Below are positions 10,420 through 19,279 of a stretch of 36,535 nt of DNA, in pieces (positions within the stretch are counted from its first letter, which is position 1; each line of letters starts with the position of its first letter). The notes under the pieces are model-generated. The model was not told where the DNA came from, did no database searches, and was given only the letters and a program-made list of their open reading frames with translations. Where the stretch lies: positions 1 through 36,535 of the forward strand of contig CAMCYY010000003.1 of the NCBI GenBank assembly GCA_945885335.1, read 5' to 3'. The position numbers and the translations under genes were made by a program. The DNA comes from Bordetella parapertussis. Its GTDB lineage: Bacteria; Pseudomonadota; Gammaproteobacteria; Burkholderiales; SG8-39.

Positions 10420-10758
10420 GGGTGGCTTTCGGGGCAGCTATGGGCAGGAATGTTTCGAGGGTACCAGCAGAAGCGATCAGGGAAGGGCGGCCGGTGGAGT
10501 TCGCTGCTGCCGGGCCGCATTCGCCTTTGGTCCGCGTACTCCAGGTCTGGTGCCCGTTGGGCCGTGAAGGGAATCGGGCGATTTTCTGGCCGCGGTTCCC
10601 GAAAGGCCGTTCCTCGCCGATCTTGCCAGGCGGGCACGGCCTTAAGGCTTTCTTAAGTATCGGACGATCTACTGGGCGGACATTCCCACAGCCGATGTAT
10701 TTGCGGGAAGACATTTACAAGAAATATTTTCAATGAATTCAAACAGGAGGGGGTGACT

Positions 10759-11193
10759 ATGAAGGCAAGATTCGGGTCTGTGGTTGTGATGGGATTGGCG
10801 GGACTGTCGATGCTGGGGTGTGCGGGGCAGGGCACCAAGCCGGGGCCGTCGTTTGTGGTGACCACTCCCGTGGTGCAACTCTCCCCGGGCAGCTTCGTGG
10901 ACATGTATGGCACGGGGTTTGCGCCAAAGCAGGAGATCATTCTGCTGTTCAAGGAGCCGGGCGGCGGGATGAGCGGCATTGCGGGGACCGTCCAGCCGAA
11001 TGCGGTGCCGAATCAGGACGGCGCGTGGGCCGCAAGATGGGTCATTACGCCCTATCTGAGGTCGTTCAAGCCCGGTACGGGGATGCTGACCGTGGCCGAT
11101 ATGGAATACAAGACGCTGGGACAGGCGCCGATTGCTTTAGTCGTGCCGCCGAAACCCAAGCCCGAGGCGAAGCCAAAGCCCGCGGCACGGTAA
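10759..11193 (+). CDS. Putative lipoprotein, 144 aa, with a Pro/Lys-rich tail
   Basis: AGGAGG RBS; basic N-terminus, hydrophobic stretch and lipobox-like MLG-C21; followed by a terminator. Confidence 0.8.
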   Translation: MKARFGSVVVMGLAGLSMLGCAGQGTKPGPSFVVTTPVVQLSPGSFVDMYGTGFAPKQEIILLFKEPGGGMSGIAGTVQPNAVPNQDGAWAARWVITPYLRSFKPGTGMLTVADMEYKTLGQAPIALVVPPKPKPEAKPKPAAR

Positions 11194-11226
11194 GCAGCCG
11201 CCCACGATCTTTGAGCAGTTGTGCCG

Positions 11227-11260
11227 AAAAGGCAGGGCCGGATGGCCCTGCCTTTTTTTT
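11227..11260 (+). terminator. Intrinsic terminator (copy 1)
   Basis: AAAAGGCAGGGCC-GGAT-GGCCCTGCC followed by T8. Confidence 0.9.
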
Positions 11261-11355
11261 GCTGCGCGAGACTTATCGATCAACAATCAGCATGCTCCGA
11301 ATGGTATTTGCGAGGATTCGGGAGGCAAGGTAAAACGCAACAGGGCGTGGCCGGC

Positions 11356-11421
11356 CTACCCCGAGCGGCGCGCCAAAAAAATCCCCGCCATCACGATGGC
11401 TCCGCCCCCCATCCAAACCGG
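11356..11421 (-). pseudogene. Orphan 3' remnant of an EamA/DMT transporter gene
   Basis: Translates as PVWMGGGAIVMAGIFLARRSG*, versus the intact EamA C-terminus PVQMAGGAIVLAGIYLARRTG* (16/21 identical). Confidence 0.85.
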
Positions 11422-11468
11422 CAGGAATTCCGTGTGCTCTGCCCACACGGAGTCGTTACCCGGCCATC

Positions 11469-11579
11469 ATGGAATACAAGACGCTGGGTCAGGCGCCTGT
11501 GGTCCTGGTCGCTCCGCCGAAGCCTAAGCCCGAGGCGAAGCCCGAAGCGAAGCCCGAAGCGAAGCCCGCAGCGCGCTAA
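11469..11579 (+). pseudogene. Orphan 3' remnant of the lipoprotein gene (36-aa mini-ORF)
   Basis: MEYKTLGQAPVVLVAPPKPKPEAKPEAKPEAKPAAR*, versus the intact C-terminus MEYKTLGQAPIALVVPPKPKPEAKPKPAAR*. Confidence 0.85.
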
Positions 11580-11613
11580 GCGGTCGCTTTCAGCCTTCGG
11601 ACAGTTGTACCGG

Positions 11614-11648
11614 AAGGACAGGGTCGGAAGACCCTGCCCTTTTTTTTT
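11614..11648 (+). terminator. Intrinsic terminator (copy 2, homologous to copy 1)
   Basis: AAGGACAGGGTC-GGAA-GACCCTGCCC followed by T9. Confidence 0.85.
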
Positions 11649-11713
11649 GCGCAGGATGTATCAATTGCGCGGACTCATCGAGGTGAGGCCGTACGCAGAT
11701 GGGTGGAGCTGGT

Positions 11714-12625
11714 TCAGCCCGTCCGTCGAGCGAGATAGATCCCCGCCAGCACGATGGCCCCGCCCGCCATCTGCACCGGCTGCATGGCCTCACCCAGCAG
11801 CAGCCAGGCGCACAGCGTGGCGACCACCACCTGCAGCAGCAGGCTGACTGAAGACAGCGCTGCGGGCAGGTGGGTGAAGCCCCAGGCGATCAGGCTTTGT
11901 CCGGCAACATGGGGTAGCAGCGCGAGCGCAGCGAGTACCAGCCAGCCAGTTGTGCCCTGCGGCCAGAAGTGCTCTGCGGTGAGGAGTGCGTAGGGCAGCA
12001 GCGCGATGGCCGAGACCGTGGTGCTGATGGCCATGATGCGCAGTATCGAGGTGCGTCCGGTGGCCGCTTTGAGCGACAGCATGTAGCCGGCGTAAAACAC
12101 GGCCGCAAGCAAGCCCAGCGCATCGCCAATGAAGGCAGTGCCGCCGGCGTTGTAATTGGGGCCGATCAGCAGCATGGCGCCCGCCAGCGTGATTGCCAGC
12201 GCGATGACGAACAATGCAGTCGGGCGCTGCTTCCACAGCAGCCAGGCGCCCAGCGTGACGAAAATGGGTGCAAAGTTTGCCTCCAGCGTGGAGTTCGCCA
12301 CCGAGGTCCATGCGACGGACAGATGCCAGACGCCGAGGTCGCAGGCGAACATTACGCCGGTGAGAATGAGGATGCGCAGGGTGTGGCGGGAGGACGGTGC
12401 GTCCGCGGTGACGGATCCGCGCTGCGATGTCAGCAGCCACGCCCATAGCACCGGTGCTGCCAGCGCGACGCGCCAGAACGCGCTGGCGGTGGGGCTGGTG
12501 TCGGAGAGGCGGACGAAGATGGGGGCAAAGCCGATTGCGACGGCGCCGGCCAGCAGCGCGAGAAAAGCCAGTGAACGGCGCGAGACTGCGGCGTCGCTCA
12601 TGCCGCCGCTCGTGTCGCCGCTCAT
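11714..12625 (-). CDS. EamA/DMT family transporter
   Basis: About 10 TM segments with an EamA repeat pattern (FAPIFVRLS, TSVANSTL, LLGE). The ATG overlaps the upstream stop (ATGA), so the ORF-track start at 12829 looks over-extended. Confidence 0.9.
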   Translation of the reverse strand: MSGDTSGGMSDAAVSRRSLAFLALLAGAVAIGFAPIFVRLSDTSPTASAFWRVALAAPVLWAWLLTSQRGSVTADAPSSRHTLRILILTGVMFACDLGVWHLSVAWTSVANSTLEANFAPIFVTLGAWLLWKQRPTALFVIALAITLAGAMLLIGPNYNAGGTAFIGDALGLLAAVFYAGYMLSLKAATGRTSILRIMAISTTVSAIALLPYALLTAEHFWPQGTTGWLVLAALALLPHVAGQSLIAWGFTHLPAALSSVSLLLQVVVATLCAWLLLGEAMQPVQMAGGAIVLAGIYLARRTG

Positions 12626-13461
12626 GCAGCGATCTTGTCGCCGCTCTTGCCTGCCGTGCAGTAAGGGCAGCGCTCGCCAAATACGTAATCCGGCGAGGTC
12701 TGCTCTTCGGGCGTCAGGATGGCCTGGCAGGCATAGCATTGCGCAGTGCCTGAAGGCTGCAGATCGGAGCGCAGCGCCACGCGCTTGTCGAATACGAAGC
12801 ATTCGCCGTGATAATGCGCGCCGCCGCATTGCTCGAAATATTTCAGGATGCCGCCGTCCAGTTGATACACCTCATTGAAGCCCTCATGCATCAGCAGCGG
12901 CGCGGCTTTTTCACAGCGGATGCCGCCGGTGCAGAAACTCACCACAGGTTTGTCTTTCCACTTCGCGTCGATGTCGTCCAGCGTTGCGGACATTTCCGAG
13001 AAGGACTTGAGGTTGAGGTCCACGGCGTTATCGAAGGTGCCCAGGTCCACTTCAAACCTGTTGCGCGTGTCGAGCAGCAGCACCTCGCGGCCTTCGTCCA
13101 GCCACTGCTTCAGGGTTTCCGGGGAAAGGCGCGGCGCCGGCGTGCGCGACGGGTCGATGTCCGGCCGGCGCAGTGTGATGATTTCGCGCTTGATCTTGAC
13201 CAGCATGCGGTTGAATGGCTGTTCGTCCGACCAGCTGCGTTTGGTTTCGATGTTCGCGAAGCGCCGGTCTTCGGCCAGATGGCCCAGAAAGCCCTCCACC
13301 ATGGCTTCCTCACCGGCAATGAACAGGTTGATGCCCTCGGGCGCGAGCAGGATGGTGCCCTTCAGCCCAAGGTCAACGGCGAATTTTTTCAGGCGCGGGC
13401 GCAGGGTGTCGATATCCCCGATGGACACGAACTTGTAGGCGGAAATGTTCAGAAAGGGCAT
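12622..13461 (-). CDS. trhO: Rhodanese-domain protein, UPF0176/TrhO family (tRNA U34 hydroxylation-related)
   Basis: YKFV, GTILLAPEGIN, LDTRN, CTGGIRCEKA, LDGGILKYFE and CFVFDKR motifs. Confidence 0.8.
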   Translation of the reverse strand: MPFLNISAYKFVSIGDIDTLRPRLKKFAVDLGLKGTILLAPEGINLFIAGEEAMVEGFLGHLAEDRRFANIETKRSWSDEQPFNRMLVKIKREIITLRRPDIDPSRTPAPRLSPETLKQWLDEGREVLLLDTRNRFEVDLGTFDNAVDLNLKSFSEMSATLDDIDAKWKDKPVVSFCTGGIRCEKAAPLLMHEGFNEVYQLDGGILKYFEQCGGAHYHGECFVFDKRVALRSDLQPSGTAQCYACQAILTPEEQTSPDYVFGERCPYCTAGKSGDKIAA

Positions 13462-13668
13462 GGGCGCGTCAGGGCGGGACGGGGAGAAAAGCGTGCCGCG
13501 GATTATAGCCGCCGGGGTTTCCGGGTGGTCCCCGGTTCATTTGAATACGGAAAGCGCGTGATACTAATGTATCGGTACAAGTTTATTAATAATAGAGTCA
13601 CACTGTAAAATGATAATAATCGCAAATTCAGTGCAGCGCGGCAGGCGGGCCGTACCTGCGAGCACCCT

Positions 13669-13980
13669 TTACTTCACGCTGCGCACCACCACATCGACAT
13701 GACGGCTGCGCGCTGAGTACTGCGTCATGCCCGGATAAGTGCGGCCGCGGTCGAACTGGCCGTGCGTGGCGAACTCGATGGCGTGGAGCATGGCGCGCAG
13801 GCGCGGGTCGTTCTCGGGCGTGCCGAACAGCGAGATGGTGACCAGATGCTTGGCCCCGGAACTGGTCGTGGAGACCTTGCCGCCATGAGAGACCGCAATC
13901 TGGCGCACCTGGTCGCATTCGCGCTGCCCCTTTTCGTTGCGGGCGGCGGCAGGCTTCTGATTTTGCAGGGTTGTGGGCAT
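13669..13980 (-). CDS. Hypothetical protein, 103 aa
   Basis: ATG at 13980 with host-like codon usage (MPTTLQ...VDVVVRSVK). The upstream extension to 14259 does not look coding. Confidence 0.6.
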   Translation of the reverse strand: MPTTLQNQKPAAARNEKGQRECDQVRQIAVSHGGKVSTTSSGAKHLVTISLFGTPENDPRLRAMLHAIEFATHGQFDRGRTYPGMTQYSARSRHVDVVVRSVK

Positions 13981-14320
13981 GGTCGCGTCTACTTGTCTGT
14001 ACGCTGCCTCATAACGCAGGAAACATACCCGTGCCGCCCCCGGTCTTCCGGGGAAATGCCCTTTGCATATTAGGTACTTGCGCGTGGCAATCCGGAATGT
14101 GGCGAGGTTTGTTCGGGTTTCCCGACACATATGACGAGGAACCCGCGCTGGTGCATGCGAAGGGCAGGGGTGACATTTGCCCCGGTTCGTCGTCGCGGAA
14201 TATGTCCTCAAACCTGCAAGCACCTGATTGTCCTGCTGAAACATGAAACGCTCTGCCATCGCCCCGGATTGTAGAATCGGGGTTTCAGAGCATCATTTCA
14301 AACACCACCGCAAAGCCCCC

Positions 14321-17300
14321 GTGAATCCCCGTTTCGTCCATCTTCGCCTGCACAGCGAGTATTCGATTACCGACGGCATCGTCCGCATCGACGATGCGGT
14401 GGCGCACGCGGCCAAAGACGGCATGCCCGCGCTGGCGATCACCGACCTGGCGAACCTGTTCGGCATGGTGAAGTTCTACAAGGCGGCGCGCAAAAAGGGC
14501 GTCAAGCCCGTGATTGGTTGCGAGCTGTGGATCACGAATGATTCGGAGCGCGACAAGCCGCATCGCCTGATTGTGCTGGTGCAGTCGCGCGCCGGTTACC
14601 TGCACCTGTGCCAGTTACTGACCCGCGCCTGGCTGGAGAATCCGCATCGCGGCCGCGCCGAGGTTCGCAAGGACTGGTTTCAAACGGATGGAACAGAGGG
14701 GCTGATTGCCCTGTCCGGCGCCATGAACGGCGACGTGGGTGCCGCGCTGCTGCAGGGCAATGCCAAACAGGCAGAACGCCTGGCCGGGGAGTGGGCAAAG
14801 CTGTTCCCGAAGCGCTACTACCTCGAACTGCAGCGCTCCGGCGCCAAACAAAGCGAGGCCTGGCTGCAGGCCTCGGTGCAACTGGCCGGACGCACCGGCC
14901 TGCCGGCCGTGGCCACGCATCCGGTGCAGTTCATCACGCCGGAGGAGTACACCGCGCATGAGGCAAGGGTGTGCATCTCCGAGGGCCATGTGCTGTCGGA
15001 CCAGCGTCGGCCGCGCCATTTCAACGAAACGAATTACTTCCTGTCGCAGGCCGAGATGTGCGAGCTGTTCGCCGACCTGCCCGAGGCGCTGGCGAATTCC
15101 GTGGAAATCGCGCGCCGCTGCAACCTGGAACTCGAACTGGGCAAATCAAAGCTGCCGCAGTTCCCCACGCCGGGTGGCGAGAGCCTCGATGATTACCTGA
15201 TGTCGCAGGCGAAGATCGGGCTGGAGAAACGCCTCGCATCGCTCTACCCGGACGCAGCAGCGCGTGCCGCCGCGGCGCCGCGCTATTACGAGCGCCTCTC
15301 CTTCGAGGCTGGCACCATCGGCCAGATGGGTTTCCCCGGCTACTTCCTGATCGTGGCCGACTTCATCAACTGGGCGAAGAACAATGGCGTGCCGGTGGGG
15401 CCAGGCCGCGGTTCGGGGGCCGGTTCGCTGGTGGCCTACTCGCTGGGCATCACCGACCTCGATCCGCTGCGCTACAACCTCCTGTTCGAGCGCTTCCTGA
15501 ATCCGGAGCGGGTGTCCATGCCCGATTTCGACATCGACTTCTGCCAGGACGGGCGTGACCGCGTCATCGATTACGTACGCAACAAGTACGGCAAGGAGTG
15601 CGTGTCGCAGATCGCCACCTTCGGCACCATGGCGGCAAAAGCCGTGGTGCGCGACGTGGCGCGCGTGCTTGAGTGGCCCTACAGCCGCGCCGTCGAACTC
15701 GCCAAGCTGATTCCCTTCCAGCCGGGCAAGGTGGTCACGCTCAAGCCGCGCACGGACCCGAACGACACGCAGACCATCTATGCCCGCGAAGTCGAGCCGC
15801 AGATCAGCCAGCGCGAAGAGTCCGACGAAGAGACGCGCGAACTGCTGGCGTTGTGCATGCAGCTCGAAGGCCTCACGCGCAACGTCGGCATGCATGCCGG
15901 CGGCGTGCTGATTGCGCCCGGCAAGCTCACCGATTTCTGTCCGCTGTATGCCGCGCAGGGCTCCGACAACGTGGTGTCGCAACTGGACAAGGACGATGTG
16001 GAAGCCGCGGGCCTCGTGAAGTTCGACTTCCTTGGCCTCACCACACTGACTGTGCTCGACTGGGCGCTGGGCAACATCAAACGCCTCGATCCGTCGTTCA
16101 ACCTGACGCTGGAGCAGATTCCGCTGGATGATGTGGCGGCGTATCGCATTTTTTCCAGTGCCAATACTGCCACGGTGTTCCAGTTCGAATCGCGCGGCAT
16201 GCGCGACCTGCTGAAGCGCGCCCGGCCGGACCGCTTCGAGGACATCATTGCGCTGGTGGCGCTGTACCGCCCCGGCCCGATGGACCTGATCCCCGAATAT
16301 TGCGACCGCAAGCACGGCAAGGCGGTCGAGTACCCCGATCCGCGCGTCGAATCCATTCTCTCGGAGACCTACGGCATCATGGTCTATCAGGAGCAGGTGA
16401 TGCAGATGGCGCAGATCGTCGGCGGCTACTCGCTGGGCGGCGCCGACCTGCTGCGCCGTGCCATGGGCAAGAAGAAGGCCGATGAAATGGCCGAGCAGCG
16501 CAGCCTGTTCCGCGCCGGTTCCGCCGTGGGCGGCCTGACCGAGCGCAAGGCCGACGAGATCTTCAATCTCATGGAGAAGTTTGCCGGCTACGGCTTCAAC
16601 AAGTCGCATGCCGCCGCCTACGCGCTGGTGGCCTACCACACGGCCTGGTTCAAGGCGCACCACCCCTCGGCCTTCATGGCGGCGAACATGTCGGCCGCGA
16701 TGGATGACACCGACAAGCTCTGTCTGTTCTGGCGTGATGCGCTGACCAATGGTTTGAAAGTGCAGGCGCCCGACATCAATGTCGGCGAATACCGCTTCGT
16801 GCCGGTGGATGGCGCGACGATTCGTTATGGGCTCGGTGCGGTGAAAGGCACCGGCGAGTCGGCCATCGGCGCCATCATCAGGGCACGTGAAGCCGGCGGA
16901 CCGTTCAGAGATGTGTTCGACCTGTGCCAGCGCGTGGACAAGCGCACCGTCAACCGCCGCGTCATCGAGGCACTGGTGCGTGCCGGCGCCTTCGACAAGC
17001 TGAATGACAACCGCGCCAGCGTGCTGGCCACCGTGGGCATCGCCATGGAGGCGGCGGACCAGGCCGAGCGCAATGCAAACCAGGTCAGCCTGTTCGGCGG
17101 CGGCGGGGACGAGCAGGCCGAAACCGGTCTGGCGATGATCGCCCGGCCGCGCTGGAGTGAGCGCGAGCGCCTGGCCGAGGAAAAGGCGGCGCTGGGCTAT
17201 TACTTCAGCGGCCATCCCTTCACCGGTTACGCAAAGGAAGTGCGCCAGTTCCTGCGCACCGACATCCGCCGCGCGCTGACGGGCGACGGCGAAAAGACCA

Positions 17301-17821
17301 TGGGCGGCGTGGTGTTCGCGGTGCGCCGCGGCTTTGGCAACAAGGGCATGCTGGTGCAGCTCTCCGATGGCACCGAGTCCGAGCCGCTGGAGATCAATGT
17401 CTATCCGGAAGTCTTCGACCGCTACCGCAACATCCTCAAGGAAGACGCGCTGGTGTTCATGGACGTCAAGGTGCGCTCATTCCGCCCCAAGACCGAGGAG
17501 GGCGACGGTAACCTGATCACCCGCGTCACCGCCGAGCGCGTCTATGACCTGCCCTCGGCACGCAACCGTTTTGCACGCAGCATGCGCCTGTCGATGAACG
17601 GCAACGCTTCGCAGGCCGGTGCGGGTGCGGTAGGGCGGCTGAAGAAACTGCTCGAACCGCATCGCAACGGCGCCTGCCCGGTGGAAATCCAGTACAGCAA
17701 TGGCGATGCGAAGGTGGAACTGCGCCTTGGTGATGACTGGCGCGTGAAGCTCGACGATGCGCTGATGACTTCGCTCAACGAATGGCTGAAGCCGGAGAAC
17801 GTGCAGGTGAATTACGGCTGA
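14321..17821 (+). CDS. dnaE: DNA polymerase III alpha subunit
   Basis: PHP motif FVHLRLHSEYS, GPGRGSGAGS, catalytic PDFDIDF, KFDFLGL, FNKSHAAAY and clamp motif QVSLF; probable GTG start at 14321. Confidence 0.98.
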   Translation: MNPRFVHLRLHSEYSITDGIVRIDDAVAHAAKDGMPALAITDLANLFGMVKFYKAARKKGVKPVIGCELWITNDSERDKPHRLIVLVQSRAGYLHLCQLLTRAWLENPHRGRAEVRKDWFQTDGTEGLIALSGAMNGDVGAALLQGNAKQAERLAGEWAKLFPKRYYLELQRSGAKQSEAWLQASVQLAGRTGLPAVATHPVQFITPEEYTAHEARVCISEGHVLSDQRRPRHFNETNYFLSQAEMCELFADLPEALANSVEIARRCNLELELGKSKLPQFPTPGGESLDDYLMSQAKIGLEKRLASLYPDAAARAAAAPRYYERLSFEAGTIGQMGFPGYFLIVADFINWAKNNGVPVGPGRGSGAGSLVAYSLGITDLDPLRYNLLFERFLNPERVSMPDFDIDFCQDGRDRVIDYVRNKYGKECVSQIATFGTMAAKAVVRDVARVLEWPYSRAVELAKLIPFQPGKVVTLKPRTDPNDTQTIYAREVEPQISQREESDEETRELLALCMQLEGLTRNVGMHAGGVLIAPGKLTDFCPLYAAQGSDNVVSQLDKDDVEAAGLVKFDFLGLTTLTVLDWALGNIKRLDPSFNLTLEQIPLDDVAAYRIFSSANTATVFQFESRGMRDLLKRARPDRFEDIIALVALYRPGPMDLIPEYCDRKHGKAVEYPDPRVESILSETYGIMVYQEQVMQMAQIVGGYSLGGADLLRRAMGKKKADEMAEQRSLFRAGSAVGGLTERKADEIFNLMEKFAGYGFNKSHAAAYALVAYHTAWFKAHHPSAFMAANMSAAMDDTDKLCLFWRDALTNGLKVQAPDINVGEYRFVPVDGATIRYGLGAVKGTGESAIGAIIRAREAGGPFRDVFDLCQRVDKRTVNRRVIEALVRAGAFDKLNDNRASVLATVGIAMEAADQAERNANQVSLFGGGGDEQAETGLAMIARPRWSERERLAEEKAALGYYFSGHPFTGYAKEVRQFLRTDIRRALTGDGEKTMGGVVFAVRRGFGNKGMLVQLSDGTESEPLEINVYPEVFDRYRNILKEDALVFMDVKVRSFRPKTEEGDGNLITRVTAERVYDLPSARNRFARSMRLSMNGNASQAGAGAVGRLKKLLEPHRNGACPVEIQYSNGDAKVELRLGDDWRVKLDDALMTSLNEWLKPENVQVNYG

Positions 17822-17848
17822 CGGTGTTGCCGGATACGGGTTTTTAAA

Positions 17849-17911
17849 ATCAGTTAGATAACAATTGCTGCATTGTTTCTTTATTGCTGCGGAGTTATTT
17901 ATCTAACTGAT
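17849..17911. repeat. Perfect 13-bp AT-rich inverted repeat with a 37-bp spacer
   Basis: ATCAGTTAGATAA (17849-17861) and TTATCTAACTGAT (17899-17911), between convergent dnaE and acyP. Confidence 0.85.
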
Positions 17912-17923
17912 AATAATGATCGT

Positions 17924-18196
17924 CTATGCGCTGGGCCGGCGCTGGAACTCCGCAAGCCCCTCGTCGGGGCATTCATCCACCAGAAACTCATCGACATGCG
18001 CCACCGGCGGCCCGTGGCGCGCCCAGGTGAGCATGGCTTCGACGGCCTCGGGTGTGCCCTCGATCACCGCCTCGACACTGCCATCCATGCAATTCCTCAC
18101 CCAGCCGGTGATGCCCAGGCGTCCGGCCACGCTGCGCATGCTTTCGCGGTAGCCCACGCCCTGCACGCGGCCGCGCATGATGAGATGGCGAGCCAT
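17924..18196 (-). CDS. acyP: Acylphosphatase
   Basis: GRVQGVGYR, GWVRN.DGSVE and GPP motifs. Confidence 0.95.
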   Translation of the reverse strand: MARHLIMRGRVQGVGYRESMRSVAGRLGITGWVRNCMDGSVEAVIEGTPEAVEAMLTWARHGPPVAHVDEFLVDECPDEGLAEFQRRPSA

Positions 18197-18718
18197 TCAG
18201 TTGCGGGGCTGGCTGCCTTGGTCGCCCCCGTCTTGCGGGACAGCCGGACGGCCCTGGCGAAATTCCTTGATCGCGGTCTCGTCATGCAGGGTGTTGAGTG
18301 TTACGGCGCTGAGCGCGAGGTAGGGCGTGATCGCCAGCAGTGCGCCGGCCACGGCCGGTGCCCACATGAAGGGCTCGGACGGATGCGCCTGCAGATAGAT
18401 GTCGCGCATGTACAGCACCCGCCGTGCTGCCGATACCAGCGTCAGGCCGATCAGCACCCAGCAGAAATATTCCAGCATGCCGGGGGCCCACTGCGAGTAG
18501 TTCAGGAGGCCGAGGCCGGAAAAAAAAGCGAGGCCCCAGATGCTGAGTAGCAGGATGTCGTTCCATGACATGCGCACGGACTTCGGCGTTTTTCCGAATG
18601 CATCCGGTCCGGGTTGCTGCAGTTTGACCATCTTGTAGCCCACGATGATCGCCGCTGCGCCGGCGAAGAGATAGATGTAGGCGAGCATGCGTATCGACAG
18701 TATGGGTATTAGTTCCAT
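18197..18718 (-). CDS. Hypothetical membrane protein (about 4 TM), paralog of 18747-19238
   Basis: Starts MELIPILSIR; shares the WNDI, GLGLLN, WAPG.LEYFCWVL and NTLHDE blocks with its neighbour. Confidence 0.8.
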   Translation of the reverse strand: MELIPILSIRMLAYIYLFAGAAAIIVGYKMVKLQQPGPDAFGKTPKSVRMSWNDILLLSIWGLAFFSGLGLLNYSQWAPGMLEYFCWVLIGLTLVSAARRVLYMRDIYLQAHPSEPFMWAPAVAGALLAITPYLALSAVTLNTLHDETAIKEFRQGRPAVPQDGGDQGSQPRN

Positions 18719-18746
18719 GCGGCAATCAGTTCCATGTTTTTTCGGT

Positions 18747-19238
18747 TCAATCGCGGGACTGGCTCGCGACCTGGGAAGCGGCGCGCAATTCCTCGCGCAC
18801 GCCTTCGTCATGCAGCGTGTTGATCGTCATGGCGCACAGCAGCACAAGGGGGATGACAGCCGATGCGGCACCGACGACGGCGGCGCGCATGTTGAAGGGG
18901 GGCGCGGTCGGGTCGGCGGCGAACTTGTCCTTCATGATCTTGATGCGCGTTGCCGCCGACAGCAGTGTGAGCATGCCGAGCACCCAGCAGAAATACTCTA
19001 GCAGCCCCGGCGCCCAGGGCTTGTGGTTCAACAGGCCCAGGCCGGCGATGAAGCTGATTGACCACACGCCGAGCAGCATGATGTCGTTCCAGATGCTGTA
19101 GTCCACCTTGCTCGAAGGCAGTTTGTCGGCCTTCTTGAGCAGATTGAGTGTCAGGGCACCGAGTGCCACCGCGGCCAGCCCGGCGATGGTGAAGAGCCAG
19201 GCAATCAGGCGCACGGGCAACAGGGGCAGGAAATCCAT
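18747..19238 (-). CDS. Hypothetical membrane protein (about 4 TM), paralog of 18197-18718
   Basis: Four hydrophobic segments and the same conserved blocks. Confidence 0.8.
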   Translation of the reverse strand: MDFLPLLPVRLIAWLFTIAGLAAVALGALTLNLLKKADKLPSSKVDYSIWNDIMLLGVWSISFIAGLGLLNHKPWAPGLLEYFCWVLGMLTLLSAATRIKIMKDKFAADPTAPPFNMRAAVVGAASAVIPLVLLCAMTINTLHDEGVREELRAASQVASQSRD

Positions 19239-19279
19239 CGGAATTTGTCGCTGATGTGGAATCGGGGAGCCAAAGGATA

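Noticed and set aside
11520-11570. CRISPR-like short repeats
   Set aside because: These are contiguous 12-nt coding repeats with no spacers and no cas genes.
11101-11785. Diversity-generating retroelement TR/VR pair
   Set aside because: Mismatches are not adenine-specific, they concentrate at synonymous sites, and there is no reverse transcriptase in the window.
13981-14320. Possible structured RNA or riboswitch between the orphan gene and dnaE (short hairpins such as CCCCGG-TCTT-CCGGGG); likewise 10420-10750
   Set aside because: No recognisable Rfam-type motif by eye; an Infernal search would be needed.
15146-17215. Long antisense or alternate-frame ORFs (also 5814-6950, 7163-8398, 19256-20521, 31611-32753)
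   Set aside because: They are shadows of well-supported genes in GC-rich DNA and carry no recognisable motifs.
17849-17911. Integron attC site (contains GTTAGAT and ATCTAAC)
   Set aside because: The boxes are in the reverse order for an attC (RYYYAAC should precede GTTRRRY), and there is no cassette array or integrase.
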